Assembly (NCBI RefSeq): GCF_009914755.1
Contig: NC_060944.1
Direction: 5' to 3' (one strand)
DNA: 64,000 bases
Source of the DNA: the human T2T-CHM13v2.0 reference genome, Homo sapiens
How positions within the stretch are numbered: position 1 is the stretch's first letter; the number at the start of each line of letters is the position of its first letter. This document shows, one piece after another, positions 1 to 15,554 of the stretch. The notes under the pieces were generated by a model. That model was not told where the DNA came from and made no database searches. It saw nothing but the letters and a program-made list of their open reading frames with translations. The translations under genes were made by a program, and so were the position numbers.

Positions 1-1086
1 GTGGAGAGTGGCCTGTAGGGGACCAAGGGTGGAGACAGAGGGCCAGTGAGTAGGCTACTGCACCAGTCCAGGCAAACACTGAAGACCTGTGTATATGTGT
101 TGTTCCCTCGGTCTGTCTCAGGTCTGTTGAATAGTAAGAATGCTTTGCTCTGTTGAAGATGATTCCGTTCTTTACATAAGTAATTAAATGTCTTTCCTTT
201 GCTGTTTCCTGATACCTAAATGCAGTAATATATGCTCATGATAGAAAACTTAGAAAATAAAGAAAAGCATTAAACAATAAAGATTTCCAACTCCTACAAC
301 TCAAAGAAAACAGATAAATCATCCTACTTTAGAGGACTAAATGTACAGGAACTCATTGATTTGCTCATCAAAAGGTGAAGAGGGAAGAGTAGCAGCCCCA
401 GGTAGAGCTACCCAGCAGGCGAGGCTGCCCTCAGGAACCACAGCCTTCCCTTTCCTAATGATTTCTACTCTGTGGCACCCACACTTCCCTCCTCAGGGCT
501 CTGGTGTTATCCTCCTTCTGGGTCTCCATCATATCTGCTCTCAGCAAAAGATCCAGCTCATTCATCCAGCCCCAAGGGACAGGGCTTCACCTCCGGACAA
601 GGGTGAGATGAATGAGGTCTTGGACACAGAATTTAAGAAGTCAAAAACCTCAGCCATCAAGATAAATCATATTAAAATGCAATGGTTTAAAAAATTAAAA
701 TTAATTTTAAAAGTCCATGAACAAAATATAAACATTTAAAATAAAGACAGGGTCCAACCTTGCACCTGCACAGTCCTGCCTTGCTCTCTGCACCCTAACC
801 CAGCCCTGCTCAGCCCAAGAGCTTTGAATCTGAATACAAATCATTCCAGACTTCAAGATCAAGTTAAAGTGTTAATCGTCTACCAGAATGTGATTTCTAG
901 CTTTAAAAAGAAAACCAAGAAAACAACTTCCACATCAATGCAAAGGTTTTCTCATTTCACCAGGTTTTTGTTTTCCGTCTGTTTACCTGATGGTTTACTA
1001 AAGAGGTGAAGAAGTCTGTGGCTGAATGAACACATTGAATAATTGCAGAGACTTAAATTCTCAAATATTCATAAAAATATTTTACC

Positions 1087-1400
<314 letters not shown>

Positions 1401-1450
1401 TAGACCGCTGTGATGACCATCTTCTTATTGACCCTCCTTTGTCTCTGGAG

Positions 1451-1625
1451 CCCCGCCACCTGCCTTCTACCTGGAGCCTTCCTTCCAGGTCCTTCTTCAA
1501 CATCAGCTCCAGGATCTGCAAGATCTTTGGATATGGCCGCTGCAGAAGGAAGGAGAACCACTTCCTGGAGAAGCAGGAGTGAGCCAGGATCTGCCACACA
1601 AGAGAGCCGGGAACCCAGGGCATGG
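1451..1625 (+). pseudogene. Kunitz-domain pseudo-exon, BPTI/PTI-UPTI-TKDP-like
   Basis: After a pyrimidine tract and ggag|, it reads (A)PPPAFYLEPSF / frameshift / RSFFNISSRICKIFGYGRCRRKENHFLEKQE*ARIC. Kunitz spacing from R20 to C55 is exact. C5>Y (TAC), C14 deleted, C51>stop (TGA). Confidence 0.85.
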
Positions 1626-2097
1626 GTTAAGGCGAGGAGCAGGTCCGGAGGGAAGATCTGAGGCAAAGAGGTAGAGTTCACAGGTCCTACACCCCTCGCA
1701 CCTACACAGTGTCCCTCCTCTGATGCTGAGGCTCTCTCTGCCTTCCGAGGAGAAAGTGGCGACGTGTCCTGTGAAACCGCAGACTTAACACATCTTCCAA
1801 AAGCCAGCTTGGCAGGAGGTCACTGCTAGAAGCACCTCTGAAATAATCTGAGCCGTCTTACCTGTTCCCCTTTTTCAGATGGGAACACTGAGGCAGCCAC
1901 CCTGCAGAGTGAGTCTGCAGTGCTCCTGAGCCACCCCCCTCCAGGCTTGGCAAACTCACTGCCTTCTTGTCTGTTGCCTTGACTGCAGGGAGGACCAGAG
2001 GTGCTCATTTCTGGGAGGGTCTAGGATCTGCCAGCTGCACAGTGTCCAAGTCAAGGGCTTCAGCAACGACAATTAACAAATTCCTTTCTCTTTGCAG

Positions 2098-2770
2098 AGA
2101 GCCTGTCACCTGTGCTGCCTTGAGATGCTGACATCTGAGGATGCCCCAGACAGGGCCTGTGGCTGCTTTCTGAAATAGTGCAGCACCTTCTCTGCTTCCT
2201 CCTCAACCTTCTCCTTCACAGCAGAACCCTGCCTCCTTCCTCTCCCCACAGGCTTGTTTCAGCATTGATTTGATCAACTGAGCACCACGAGAACACAAAC
2301 CACATTCCTTTGTTTTTTCATCACGTTACCCCCAGCACTTAGGACAGTGCCTGGCACAAAGGAGGTAGTCTGTAAATATTTGCGTAATGAATGAATAAAG
2401 GAGGGCATGAGTACATCTCCTCTGCCCAGCACGGATGACAGGCTGAGGGTTTGAATCCAGGACTCTCTCACCGTAGCCCTCATTCTCACTGCATCCTCAC
2501 CTTCGTCCTCCACCCCCCACCCCCCCACTGGGTTCCTTGGGGATGGCAGGGGTGGAGTTCCTGGCATCCAGTTCTGAGCATCAGCTCTGCCAAGTAGTGG
2601 TGGCGGGGGGGTTTTCATGAAAGAATCCCCCTCGCTCCCTGTGATGTTGGACATTTTTCCTTGTCTGTGTAGTTTCAGGCTTTGTCTCTCTGGCCTTATA
2701 CAATATTTAAAAACATTCATTTTCCAGTTAAACAAACTGGATTGGATACTGTTGTTTGCAACTAAGAACC
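2098..2770 (+). pseudogene. Terminal exon / 3' UTR remnant of the same Kunitz pseudogene
   Basis: Strong acceptor ttcctttctctttgcag|AG AGC CTG TCA, compared with the BPTI C-terminal E-N-L-stop; downstream sequence resembles the bovine PTI 3' UTR as recalled. The end coordinate is approximate. Confidence 0.6.
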
Positions 2771-3319
2771 TTAATATTGGGTGATCTTCCCAATATTTTG
2801 CAGAACAGCAGCATCACCGCTTTTCCTGCCATCAGACTGGGCCCTACCAGTTGTAAGAAGAAAACCCATTGCAACACCTACCTCTTAATGGCCACTCCAA
2901 GCTACACAAAAACCTGAGTGATGTTTCAACATTAAAGCCTTTTCTTTTTTTTTTTTTTTTTTTTACTTTTGGGCCAGGTCAGATTGAGGGGTAGGTTGTT
3001 CTCCTGGTCTCTCTGAAGGAGAAGGGAAGGAGCATGAGGGTCAATTGTCTGCTTATCTAAGAAATCCCCTTCCCTGAAGTTGTGTGTGTGTGTGTGTATC
3101 TCTGTATGTGTGTTGTAGGGTGGTGGTGGTGGTTTGTTATTTCAGTTACAGCAATAACAACTACCCATTTAGTGGACACCGACCATGTACCAGGCTCCAT
3201 GCTTAGCCTTTTACACGCATTATTTCATTTAATTCCCAAGAATCCTGTGAAGGAGGGTGCATTATGGTCCCCAGTTTACAGAGGGGGATATGGAGGCACG
3301 GTGATGTCACGTAACTGCC

Positions 3320-3726
3320 ATATTGTTTTCCTGGGGCAACTAGAACAAAGGACTACAGACTGACTGGTTTAAACAACTGCAATTTACCCTCTTAAATTCT
3401 GGAGGCCAGAAGTGTGAGATCAGGGTGTCCACAGGGCTGCGTTTGCTCTGAAGAAGCTGGGGAAGGATCTGTTCCAGGCCTCTCTCCTGGCTTCTGGAAG
3501 CTCCTTGACTTGTGGTCACATAAATCCAGTCTTCACATAGTGTTCTCCCGTCTGTCCCCTTTTTAAGGACACCAGTTGTATTGGATTAGGGCCCACACTG
3601 ATGACCTCATCTTAACTTGATTACCTTTGTAAAGAGCCCATCTCCAAATAAGGTCACATTTGGAGGGACCTGGGGGTTACGACTCCAAGTAGCTTTTTTG
3701 GGAGGACACAGTTCAACCCATAACAG
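3320..3726 (-). mobile_element. MLT1-type MaLR LTR within a MIR
   Basis: ggaggccagaagtgtgagatcagggtgtcc...ggacacagttcaacccataaca motifs. Confidence 0.7.
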
Positions 3727-4629
3727 CTGATAAATGGCAGAACCCAGGCATATGTGACAGACCCAAAGGCTTTGTCCTTTGGGAGGAAGATTGTGTAAAT
3801 TAGAGCCCAGACTTTCCAGCCAGGCTATAAAAGTCCTAATTCTGGGTTTGTCTGAATTTGGGAATTTGGGGATCTAAGAAGCAGCTTATTAGGTAAGGTG
3901 GGCGTGGGGGTGAGAAAGGGTGAGGCATCAAGCCCCCCATCACTGTTTGTGACTGAGCTTAATCCCATTGGGAATGCTGGGAGCAGGGCCAGACAATTCC
4001 TCGCAGCAGCTATCACCCCCTTTCCCTAGGAGAGCAAGTGTTTATGCACCAGTGGAGATATTCAGGCACCAGTCTCCATATGGACTGAGGGTTTCCGGCT
4101 GATCTGGGCCTGGGCCCTCCTTGTGTGGCTTCCAAGGAAGCCCTCAGGCAAAGAGATGCAGACACTAGCACTTGGAAATCAGCTGGTGGCACCGAAGGAG
4201 TCAGGTCCGGGGTAAGGGTAGGGCACATATCTTCTGCCACACTCTGTATGTGGCTTTGAACAAGTGATTTAACTTGTAGGTGTGCTCTGTACCTGTCTTC
4301 TCCCTGTGTGGGGTTGTTGTGTAGCTAAGTGAATTAACACATGCTGAGCCCTTGGACCATGTAATGACTGCAACTTAAACATTAACTATGATTATTATTG
4401 ACTAAATGATACTGCCCCCTACTGGAAAATGTGTGACCCGGACATCACTTAGAAACTAGTGCTGGATGGCATTTGGGAGGGAATCTGATCCAACTTCCTC
4501 ATTTCACAGATGAGGAATTCAGACCTAAGAAAGGGAAGTATGTTGCCCAATGTCACACAGCTAACATATATAATCATTATAATAGACAACCCAGGCAGCC
4601 TCATTCACTTGTTCATTCATTCACTCTCA

Positions 4630-4981
4630 TGTGTGTGTATATATGTATATAATTATATACATATATAAAACAGACATGTATATAGCATATATTATGTGTA
4701 TATAATATACATATTTTATATATTTATACATATTATTTCTATTAATATATAATTACATATACACATGTGTATATGCACATATGTATATAATTATATACAT
4801 ATGCATATAATATATATTATACATGCACATACACATGTATATAATTATATACATATATATGCATATATACACACACATATGTATCACTAGTGTTTGTAAG
4901 TGATATCCGGGTCACTCATTTTCCAGTAGGGAATAGTATAATTATATACATATATGTGCACATATATACATAATACATATG
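4630..4981. repeat. (TA)/(CA)-rich low-complexity repeat
   Basis: Imperfect tatataattatatacatat units. Confidence 0.85.
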
Positions 4982-5269
<288 letters not shown>

Positions 5270-5383
5270 TCACTCCTAAATATTAAGCACCTGTTTTGTG
5301 ATAGGCACCAGGAAAACAGTAATGACCAAAACGGTAGCCTCCAAATTTGTTTGATCCCTCACACCACCCATTTCAGTAAAAGG

Positions 5384-5691
5384 TTTTTTTGTTTGTTTGT
5401 TTGTTTGTTTTGTTTTGGAGATGGGGGTCTCACTCTGTCACCCAGGCTGGAGTGCAGTGGTGTGATCTCAGCTCACTGCAACCTCCGTCTCCCAGGTTCA
5501 AGCGATTCTCCTGCCCAGCCTCCCGAGTAGCTGGGATTACAGGCGTCTGCCTGGCTAATTTTTGTATTTTTAGTAGAGACAGGGTTTCACCACGTTGGCC
5601 AGGCTGGTCTCGAACTCCGGACCCCAAGTAATCTTCCCGCCTTGGCCTCCCAAAGTTTTGGGATTATAGGCATGAGCCACTGTGCCCGGCC
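5384..5691 (-). mobile_element. Alu (S-type)
   Basis: Reverse Alu; (TTTG)n tail; TSD aaaaggttttt. Confidence 0.95.
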
Positions 5692-6647
5692 CAGGAAAAG
5701 GTTTTTGAGTGTGCAGTTCCCGTATTTATAAGTATGTGCATATTGTTGTACTAATATGTACATTATAAGTATTCAATAATATAAATTTTAATAAAGTATA
5801 GGCTAGAAATGAATAAACTGAAGTTTCTAAATATTTTCTTTCTGTACCACAGTGCACCCCACTTAGGAGTTGGCTGGACCAGAACAGGGGAGACAGAGGA
5901 ATAGTTTCAGCAGCACAAACGCTGCGAGAACCCAGGTGGAGGCCCTTAATCTCACCTGAAGAGGTCAAGGCTGGCGTCGCAGAGGAGGCAGCGCTCATCC
6001 TGGATTTTGAAGGATGAACTGAATTTTATCAGGTAGAAAGAAAGAGGAAAACATAAGCTTTTGGGTGTGGCAAAGATGTGGGCATTAGAAAAAGGATTCT
6101 AATTTCCTTTACCTCCCGCCTCTCCGAAAGGAGTATTTGTATTGGTTTCCAAGTAGCTGTTCTGCATCATAGGAGACCCCAGCTTATTCCTCAAAGTTCA
6201 CCCAACCCTGAATATAGGTGAACCTGGAGTGCCGTCAGTGGGTAGAAGGGGAAGAGGAGTAACCTAGGAGAGATGGGGGAACCACCTCATTTGCATGAGA
6301 GTCGTGCCCTTCTCCCCTGTAGCCTGAGTTTCCTGCTTCCCTCTGCTCCACCCAGCTCATCAGGAGAGAGCCCACTACCTTTCTTACCTCTAAGAAGCAG
6401 ACCCATGGGGGGAGTGGCATAGGTGTGTGCATGTTGGGATGGGAGAGGGATTTGGTGCTGGAAGAAGAAAAGTTGGGAAAGGCTTCTGAATAATGAAAAC
6501 CCAGAATTTCATAGAAGTCAGCTCATTAGTCAGCCTTAGCTTTCGTACTTTCTCCAATGGGAAGCTCACCTCCTCTTGGCACCAGGTTCCAGCTGATAGC
6601 ACTCATTATTAGAAGAGCACTCTTGTTTCCCATTAAACCAGCATATG

Positions 6648-6941
6648 GGCCAGGCATGGTGGTTCATGCCTATAATCCCAGCACTGAGGCAGGTGGATTG
6701 CTTGAACCCAGGAGTTCAAGAGCAGCCTGGGCAACATGTTGAAACCCTATCTCTACAAAAAATACAAAAATCAGCTGGGCGTGGTGGCATGCACCTGTAG
6801 TCCCAGCTGCTCAGAGGCTGAGGTAGGAGGATCACCTGATTCTGGGAGGTGACGATTGCAGTGAGCTGTGATTGTGCCACTGTACTCCAGCCTGAGCGAC
6901 AGAGTAAAACCCTGTCTCAAAAAAAGAAAAAAAAAGAAACA
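6648..6941 (+). mobile_element. Alu (J-type)
   Basis: Alu dimer with A-tail. Confidence 0.9.
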
Positions 6942-7836
6942 AATATGTGTCCCCTTTGCCCCTGGCCCTTCATTTCCACATGGGTCCTGACTACTCTCAA
7001 GAAGCCCACTAACCAGGTCAGCTGTCTTTGTACTAAGACAGTTCTGCAGAGATTGAGAAATGGTAATCAAAGTACTTCCACCTCCCACAAAGTGTATTTT
7101 TGGTTCTTGTGCAACATTTTGCTAAGTCCCCTCCAGGAGCTTTCAGTCTCTTAGGATTCATAGTTAAGAGAATCTCTTTTTAAAGCTCCCTACAATATCT
7201 GCAGAGGCTGCCAGATGGTAGCCCCCCTTGTGAGGTGCCCCTCACTGGGGATGGGGAGAGAGGCAACTGTAGGAAGAGGAGGGTGCTCAGTAGGGTAAGA
7301 GCTCCTGAGTCACCCCCTGCCTTGCCTCCCCCAGTTAAGCAAGAGCTGTGGCAATGTAATTCAGAAATAGAAAAGAGGATGGCTGAGAGGAGGGGGTAGG
7401 AGGTAGGTGGTGGGCAGGGGTCCAAGGCTCATGAAGGTATTTCTGAGGATGCACCACTCTTCAAGTTCATTATTAGACCTTCTAGCTGCAAGGCATCATG
7501 GGAACAATCTGTTTGGAATCCAGTGGGTTCCCAGCCAAAGAGACGTTCTCGCCAGCTCCTCCAGGCAGAGCTCCTTTGACAATGCATTCACACACCTGCC
7601 TCCGAGAAGATGGGGGCTGGAGGGACCTTTGGAGAGCAAAGTCTAACTGCCTTGCTGCAGATGAGAAAACCGAGGCATAGAGTGCTGGAATAGCAGGGAT
7701 TGTTAAACAAGTGAGGACATAGACTGGGCGTTAGATACAGCTAGTTCTCACTCACTGCCTTGTGGTCTTGCATACGTTTCTCAACTTCTCTGAACTTCAG
7801 TTTTCTTATTGATAAAATATGGATGATGACAATACC

Positions 7837-8793
<957 letters not shown>

Positions 8794-8935
8794 CCTCTGC
8801 TTTTTTTCTCATGTTGATCTCACAGAATCATAGTGATAATTAAATGCTATGATATTTGTGAAATTCCTTGTACAAGTACCTGGCAGAATAACTTCTCGAT
8901 AAATAATGCTTGGATGATAAAAGTAATAGTAATAA

Positions 8936-9293
<358 letters not shown>

Positions 9294-9385
9294 AGGAGCT
9301 TGGTACTAATTAGAGGGGTTCGGCTTTAGTAGCTATTACCATGTGACTGTTTAGTAGATATTACTGTGTGACCATAAGCAAGTCA

Positions 9386-9586
<201 letters not shown>

Positions 9587-10029
9587 TTATCCATGCACTC
9601 GTTCAGCACACGTTTCTTAGAAAGGGTATTCGGTGATTGAAAGTGCAGACCAGACTCCATGGATTCAAATCTGACTCTGCCAATTTACTGGTTGTGTGCG
9701 CAAGTCACTTCACTTCTCTGTCATTATTGATGCATCTGTAAAATGGGGTTGGTAATAACAGCTCCTGCCTCTTTGGTTGTTACTGAGGGAGGGGAGGTTA
9801 ATACACGTATAGACTTTGGAATAGTGCCTGCACTCAGGAAGGACTCAATAGCCATGCTATGATTGAGTGCCGACTGTATGTGCTGGGCACTGTTCTAGGT
9901 GCTGGGTCACAAGAGTGAAGGCAGCACACAAGCTCCCCACCCTCCTGGAGCTGACATTTCAGCTGGAGAGAATAATAATTGAGTGAGATAAGTTTCAGGT
10001 GGTGATAACTGCTATGAAGAAAAGAACTC

Positions 10030-10186
10030 AGGGAGGGAGGGATAGCCCTGGGAAAAATACCTAATGTAAATGACGGGTTGATGGGTGTAGTGGGCCAGCA
10101 GGGCACATGTATAGCTACGTAATGAGCCTGCACGTTGTGCACACGTACCTTAGAACTTAAAGTATAATAATAAAAAAAAAAAAGAA
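10030..10186 (+). mobile_element. L1PA 3'-end fragment with A-tail, inside an L2
   Basis: atacctaatgtaaatgacgggttgatgggt...acctt agaacttaaagtataataataaaaaaa. Confidence 0.85.
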
Positions 10187-11089
10187 AATAACTCAGAATA
10201 CAAGGTGAAGAGGGGCCAGTTTAGGCAGGATGGTTCTGAGTGGAGTGAAGGAAGGAGCCGTGTAGGCCTCTGGTGGATGCAGAAGAAAGAATGAATGCAA
10301 AAGTCCTAAGGCAGGAACAAACTCTTCCTGCATGGCAGAAAAAGATAGGCAGGGGCTTGATCACAGCCATGACAAGGTATTTAGATTGTAATTCCATGTA
10401 CAGTGGAAACCACAGAAGGGCTTGGAACACGAAAGTAACGTGATCTGATTTAATTTTTAAAAGGTCACCAGCTGCCATGAAGAGAACATAACACACCAAC
10501 AATGGAGAGAGGTCTGGAATGGATAGAGATCTGAGGTTTTTCACCCAGTTGGAAAATGGTACAGCAGGAGTGGCTGACATGGCCCAGGGGTTGTATATAG
10601 AATCACAATGATAGGAAAAGGGCAGTTCTGCTCTTGCCTTACCGCGTGATCCTGGAGAGTGTCACCTGTCCCTCAGGTTCTCGTTTACAACAGAAGGTGG
10701 CGCCACGTGTGATAATTCAAGCATCCCTTTTAACACTCATGTAATCATGTAATGCAGCCAATAAACACTGCCACAAGGATCTGTTTTACAGTTATGCTCC
10801 TTAGAAGCATTTATGAAGCATTTCACACGAATTCTTCTAGTACTTGCTGGGAATGTCCCTGCAGGTCCTGTGCTATGCTGCCTGAACTTGGGATGCCAAT
10901 TCAGCCACTGTTTTCTCCTCTGTAAGGTGGGGATGACAAAATCTGCTCTGCCCACTTCTCAGGAATGCATGAAGTATGACATTAGAGAAAGCCTGGCGAA
11001 GAAGTTTTTGTTTTTTGAGAGGGCAGCATGGAGAAGGGGTTTCTTTCTTTTCTTTTCTTTTCTTTTTTTTAGTTACTTTACATCATGGA

Positions 11090-11353
11090 CTTTTTTTTTT
11101 TTTTTTTTTTTTTTTGAGTCAAGAGTCTCGTTCCATCACTCAGGCTGGAGCGCAGTAGCATGATCATAGTTCACTGCAGCCTCGACCTTCTGGGCTCAAG
11201 CATCCTCCCACCTCAGCCTCCTGAGTAGCTGAAACTACTGGCACATACTACCATGCCTGGCTAATTTTTAAAAACTTTTTGGAGAGACAAGTTATGTTGC
11301 CCAGGCTGGTCTCGAACTCCTGGACTCAAGCGATCCTCCACCTCGGCCCCTTG
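11090..11353 (-). mobile_element. Alu (J-type, truncated)
   Basis: Reverse Alu with a long T-tail. Confidence 0.85.
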
Positions 11354-11840
11354 GCTGATTCTTTTGGAACTTTCTTCCTTGTGTGTAAATTTAGGTGTGT
11401 TACCTAAATTGTTACTATTTGATTTTTCAGATTTAAGACTTACCACTATGGAAAACGAGGACTTGGCTTTCTTTTCCACCTGCCTCCATGACTTTTACAA
11501 ACCCTTTCTATGACTCATCCTCCCAGTGGCGTTATACTATAATGTTAATCCGATCAATATTCGATATTCAGGTTTAAATCCAGGTTCTCATTCCTGGACT
11601 TTTCCCCATACCTGTTGAGACGACACTACATACGGCTTCCTTCAAAAACTAGAAGCATCTGGGAAATGGAGAATTCTAGCATTGCTTCTCCTTCTTAGGG
11701 AGATGGTGTTATGGATAACAGAGAGTTAATAGCACAAGCTTTGGTGTCAGAAGGACTAGAGTGTAATTCCTGGCTTTGCTGGTCATGCCTGCAAGACTCA
11801 AGCCAATTGCTTTCTCTGCCAACTTTGGTTTCTTCACCTA

Positions 11841-12214
<374 letters not shown>

Positions 12215-12377
12215 TCAATTAAAATGAGCTTTTATATTCCGCCCACATCCTGCAAAGAAAATAACTTCTATTGAGAGATTACTCAGTTGGCACATAATAC
12301 CGCCTTATTTCTTCTTCCACCACACTCCCTCCATTTTCCCATGCTACAGAGGAAAACAAGGCATTCAGAGTGTCTCA

Positions 12378-12662
<285 letters not shown>

Positions 12663-13809
12663 TTATGGCCCAGAAACTCTTTCTTGGACTGGGCTGGGGA
12701 CTGGCGTGTCCTAGCTGGCTGCACCTCACAGGGCACACATGGGGGAGACTCAGCATCTGGAAAGTAGGGTGTTACTCCCTACTCCTCTTACCTTGAGCTA
12801 GCTCTCCAGTGGGTTTCGAGCTTCAGTGCACAATACATACATGATCTGAAAAGCCTCAAGCTGCAAATCTGGTTTAAAGAGGTCCTGTGTGAGTTGTGTC
12901 TCCAGAAACTTGGCAGAAATGAAGTCTTTCTGGAGGAATCTACCTTTGAGTCCTCAAAGAATTCCCACAAGATAAAGTTCTAAGGCACGAGAGCTCACAG
13001 TCAAAAATTACAAAATAAAAGGGAAGCAAGGCCTGGTGAGAGTCAACTGAAATGACAGAGGATGCAACAAAACCCACACAGCCTAAGATTTCCAAGGATA
13101 GAAAAACAAGAATATCAAACAAGTGTATTAAATATATTGTTCGGGGATGAACACATATGTGGTTAAACTGTAAAGCAAAGCAAAGAACTGATAAGTATAC
13201 ATTTTAAGTTGTTTGCTCTGAGGGGGAAGGAAAGAGAAATGACATTATAGGAACACAGAAGGATTCACAGATCATATTAATATCCTGACAGCAAGCGCTC
13301 ATACATCCACCACCCACATTAATTTCACAAGTGTTTGCTGTGTTGTTATTCTTTGTATTTTCAACATGTCTTATAAATATTATTTTGCTGTCTGTGGTTT
13401 CATAAACACAATAAAAATATAGCTTGGGGCTGGTTCATTCTGATTGCTTGCATGAGTGAGTCCACCTTCTCCCTAACCACCGGACTTCTTATGTTGGGTA
13501 AATATATGGTTGCAAAATTTTTTCCTCCTTTTTCTAAGCTGGGTGGAGAATGTCTTCCCCACATGTTTCCAGTAAATTCAGATGTTGCTTTCTCTGCCCA
13601 TAGTTTCCTTAGGCAGAGGGAATAAATCCCCCTGCTGGCTGTCTAGAACACTTTTTTAAAAACCAATCTCTTATCAGAACTGCCTGTTTCCTTGTCCGTC
13701 TCCCCTGCTGGGCCACTGGGCCTCAAGCGATCCTCCCGCCTCAGCCTCCCAAACTGCTGGGATTACAGTCACAAGCCAGTGCACCCAGTCCCAGATTTTG
13801 TTTTTCTAA

Positions 13810-14690
13810 TACAGTTCCGCTAGTTCTATTAATAGCTAAAATGTAAACACTGAAAACTCTTTTGAAACTAAAGAGGGGAAAAACAAGTAAAAGAGGTTTT
13901 TAAAAATTAAACTACCATGGAAACTGGTTTACCCACAATTTTGGTTCACAACCTTCATTGGATTACCTATTGGGGAAAACAAAGTTTAGCCATGTAAACA
14001 GGTTCCAACTTGCCAAAAATATAATTTGGGTTCAACCATCTTTTGTAAACTGGTAAGTTTGTGTTGCTGTCTCATGGCTAGAGTTCCAAGGTAAAAAAGA
14101 TAGGACCTTTGTGCATGTACTCATGTGTTTAACTGAAGGTTCTTACCTAGGTGAACAGGCTATTAAAATAGTTAACAAGGAAATAACTTGAAATGATGAC
14201 TAGATTTGTCTAATATCTCAGTTCTCATAGTCATCTAGATAAACTCCTAAAAATAAATAGGGTAAATATAAATGGGATAAATGCTTGAAGGTAAACTTTT
14301 TGTTTAGTTTAAAAATCTGACAATTATTTAAAATGCTCATTGGACATCTGGGTGATGTCCAATTAAGAAAGGGTTATGATATGGGGAAACATTTCTAAGA
14401 ATTGTGGAGTCGTTCTCATTTATAATGCTGCTATCTGAGTACAAAGCCCTAGTTGATAACTCTTTCCTTCAACTTTAATGTCAGCTCCTGTAATTATTTT
14501 TTCCCTCCAGTTCTAGCCACTGTTGCAGCCTGATGCTAAAACATTTTATTTCAAAGGTCTAGAAAATCAATGATTTTCTCCAGGATAACTTGATTCTGTA
14601 CTCAGACTCAGTTCAGCATTGCTTGCATCCCAGTTTTTTGCTAAAATTTAAGGTTACTAAGAATAAAAATTCTAGCTAATATATAATCTT
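13810..14690. mobile_element. ERV1 (MER4-group) internal fragment
   Basis: AT-rich MER4-int-like motifs similar to those in the 36.7-40 kb element. Confidence 0.5.
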
Positions 14691-14839
14691 TTTTTTTTCA
14701 GAGCAAGTGTGGAAATTTATTTTTAAAGGCTTTAGAACAGTAAAGAAAGGAAAATACACTTGGAAGAGCCCTGAGTGGGCACCAAGGTCAAGTGCCTATA
14801 ATTTTATATATAAAAAATGTGCCAAAGATGATGTGCCTT

Positions 14840-15040
14840 TTTTTCCCCCAAGTTGGAGTCTTGCTCTGTCATGCAGTCTGGAGTGGAGAGGCACGATCTC
14901 AGCTCACTGCAACTTCTGACTCCCAGGTTCAAGAGATTCTCCTGTCTCGGCCTCCTGAGTAGCTGGGATTACAGGTGCCCACCACCACACCTGGCTAATT
15001 TTTATATTTTTAGTAAAGATGAGGTTTCACTATGTTGGCC
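14840..15040 (-). mobile_element. Partial Alu
   Basis: Reverse right arm plus linker. Confidence 0.85.
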
Positions 15041-15554
15041 TCTGTTTGGCAGTGTATGGGTATGCAGTGGGTACTCACAAATGCTGGTTAGACACCTGCA
15101 GGCTTGTACTAAGGACCAGGTTTGGCAAACATCAGTGTTTGAGGGAGTCTGATTTGAGAGTGTGGAAGTTGAGAATCATGGCAGGAGATGGACTCTGCTA
15201 TTCACTACTATGAATCAACCTTGGTCCCTGTTCTTGGGGGAGACCACAGGCCAATGGAAAAAACAGAGATGTAACTAATTGCTGGTAGCGTTATGAGTAA
15301 CTCTGTTGGGTAAGCCATTTGGTAGGAGGCAGAGAACTGGAGGCAAGACCTATGTACTTGCAGAGAACATTGTTAGCAGGACTGGCCTAAGGGCACCTTT
15401 CTCCCTTCATTCATCAGAAAGGATCAAAGCTGCTGCTAGGAGAGGAAAAGGGAGCTGGGCCAGCCCTGGCTGTAACCCTTTACAAGAAATAAAGCTGTGA
15501 AAGAACCTGTGGAATCATTTTCAGCTCAGAACACAGAGCAATATTTTTACTCTC

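Noticed and set aside
1410-1661. 83-aa ORF with a signal-peptide-like start (MTIFLLTLLCLWSP)
   Set aside because: The hydrophobic stretch is the translated polypyrimidine tract of the pseudo-exon; it is an alternative frame with no recognisable domain.
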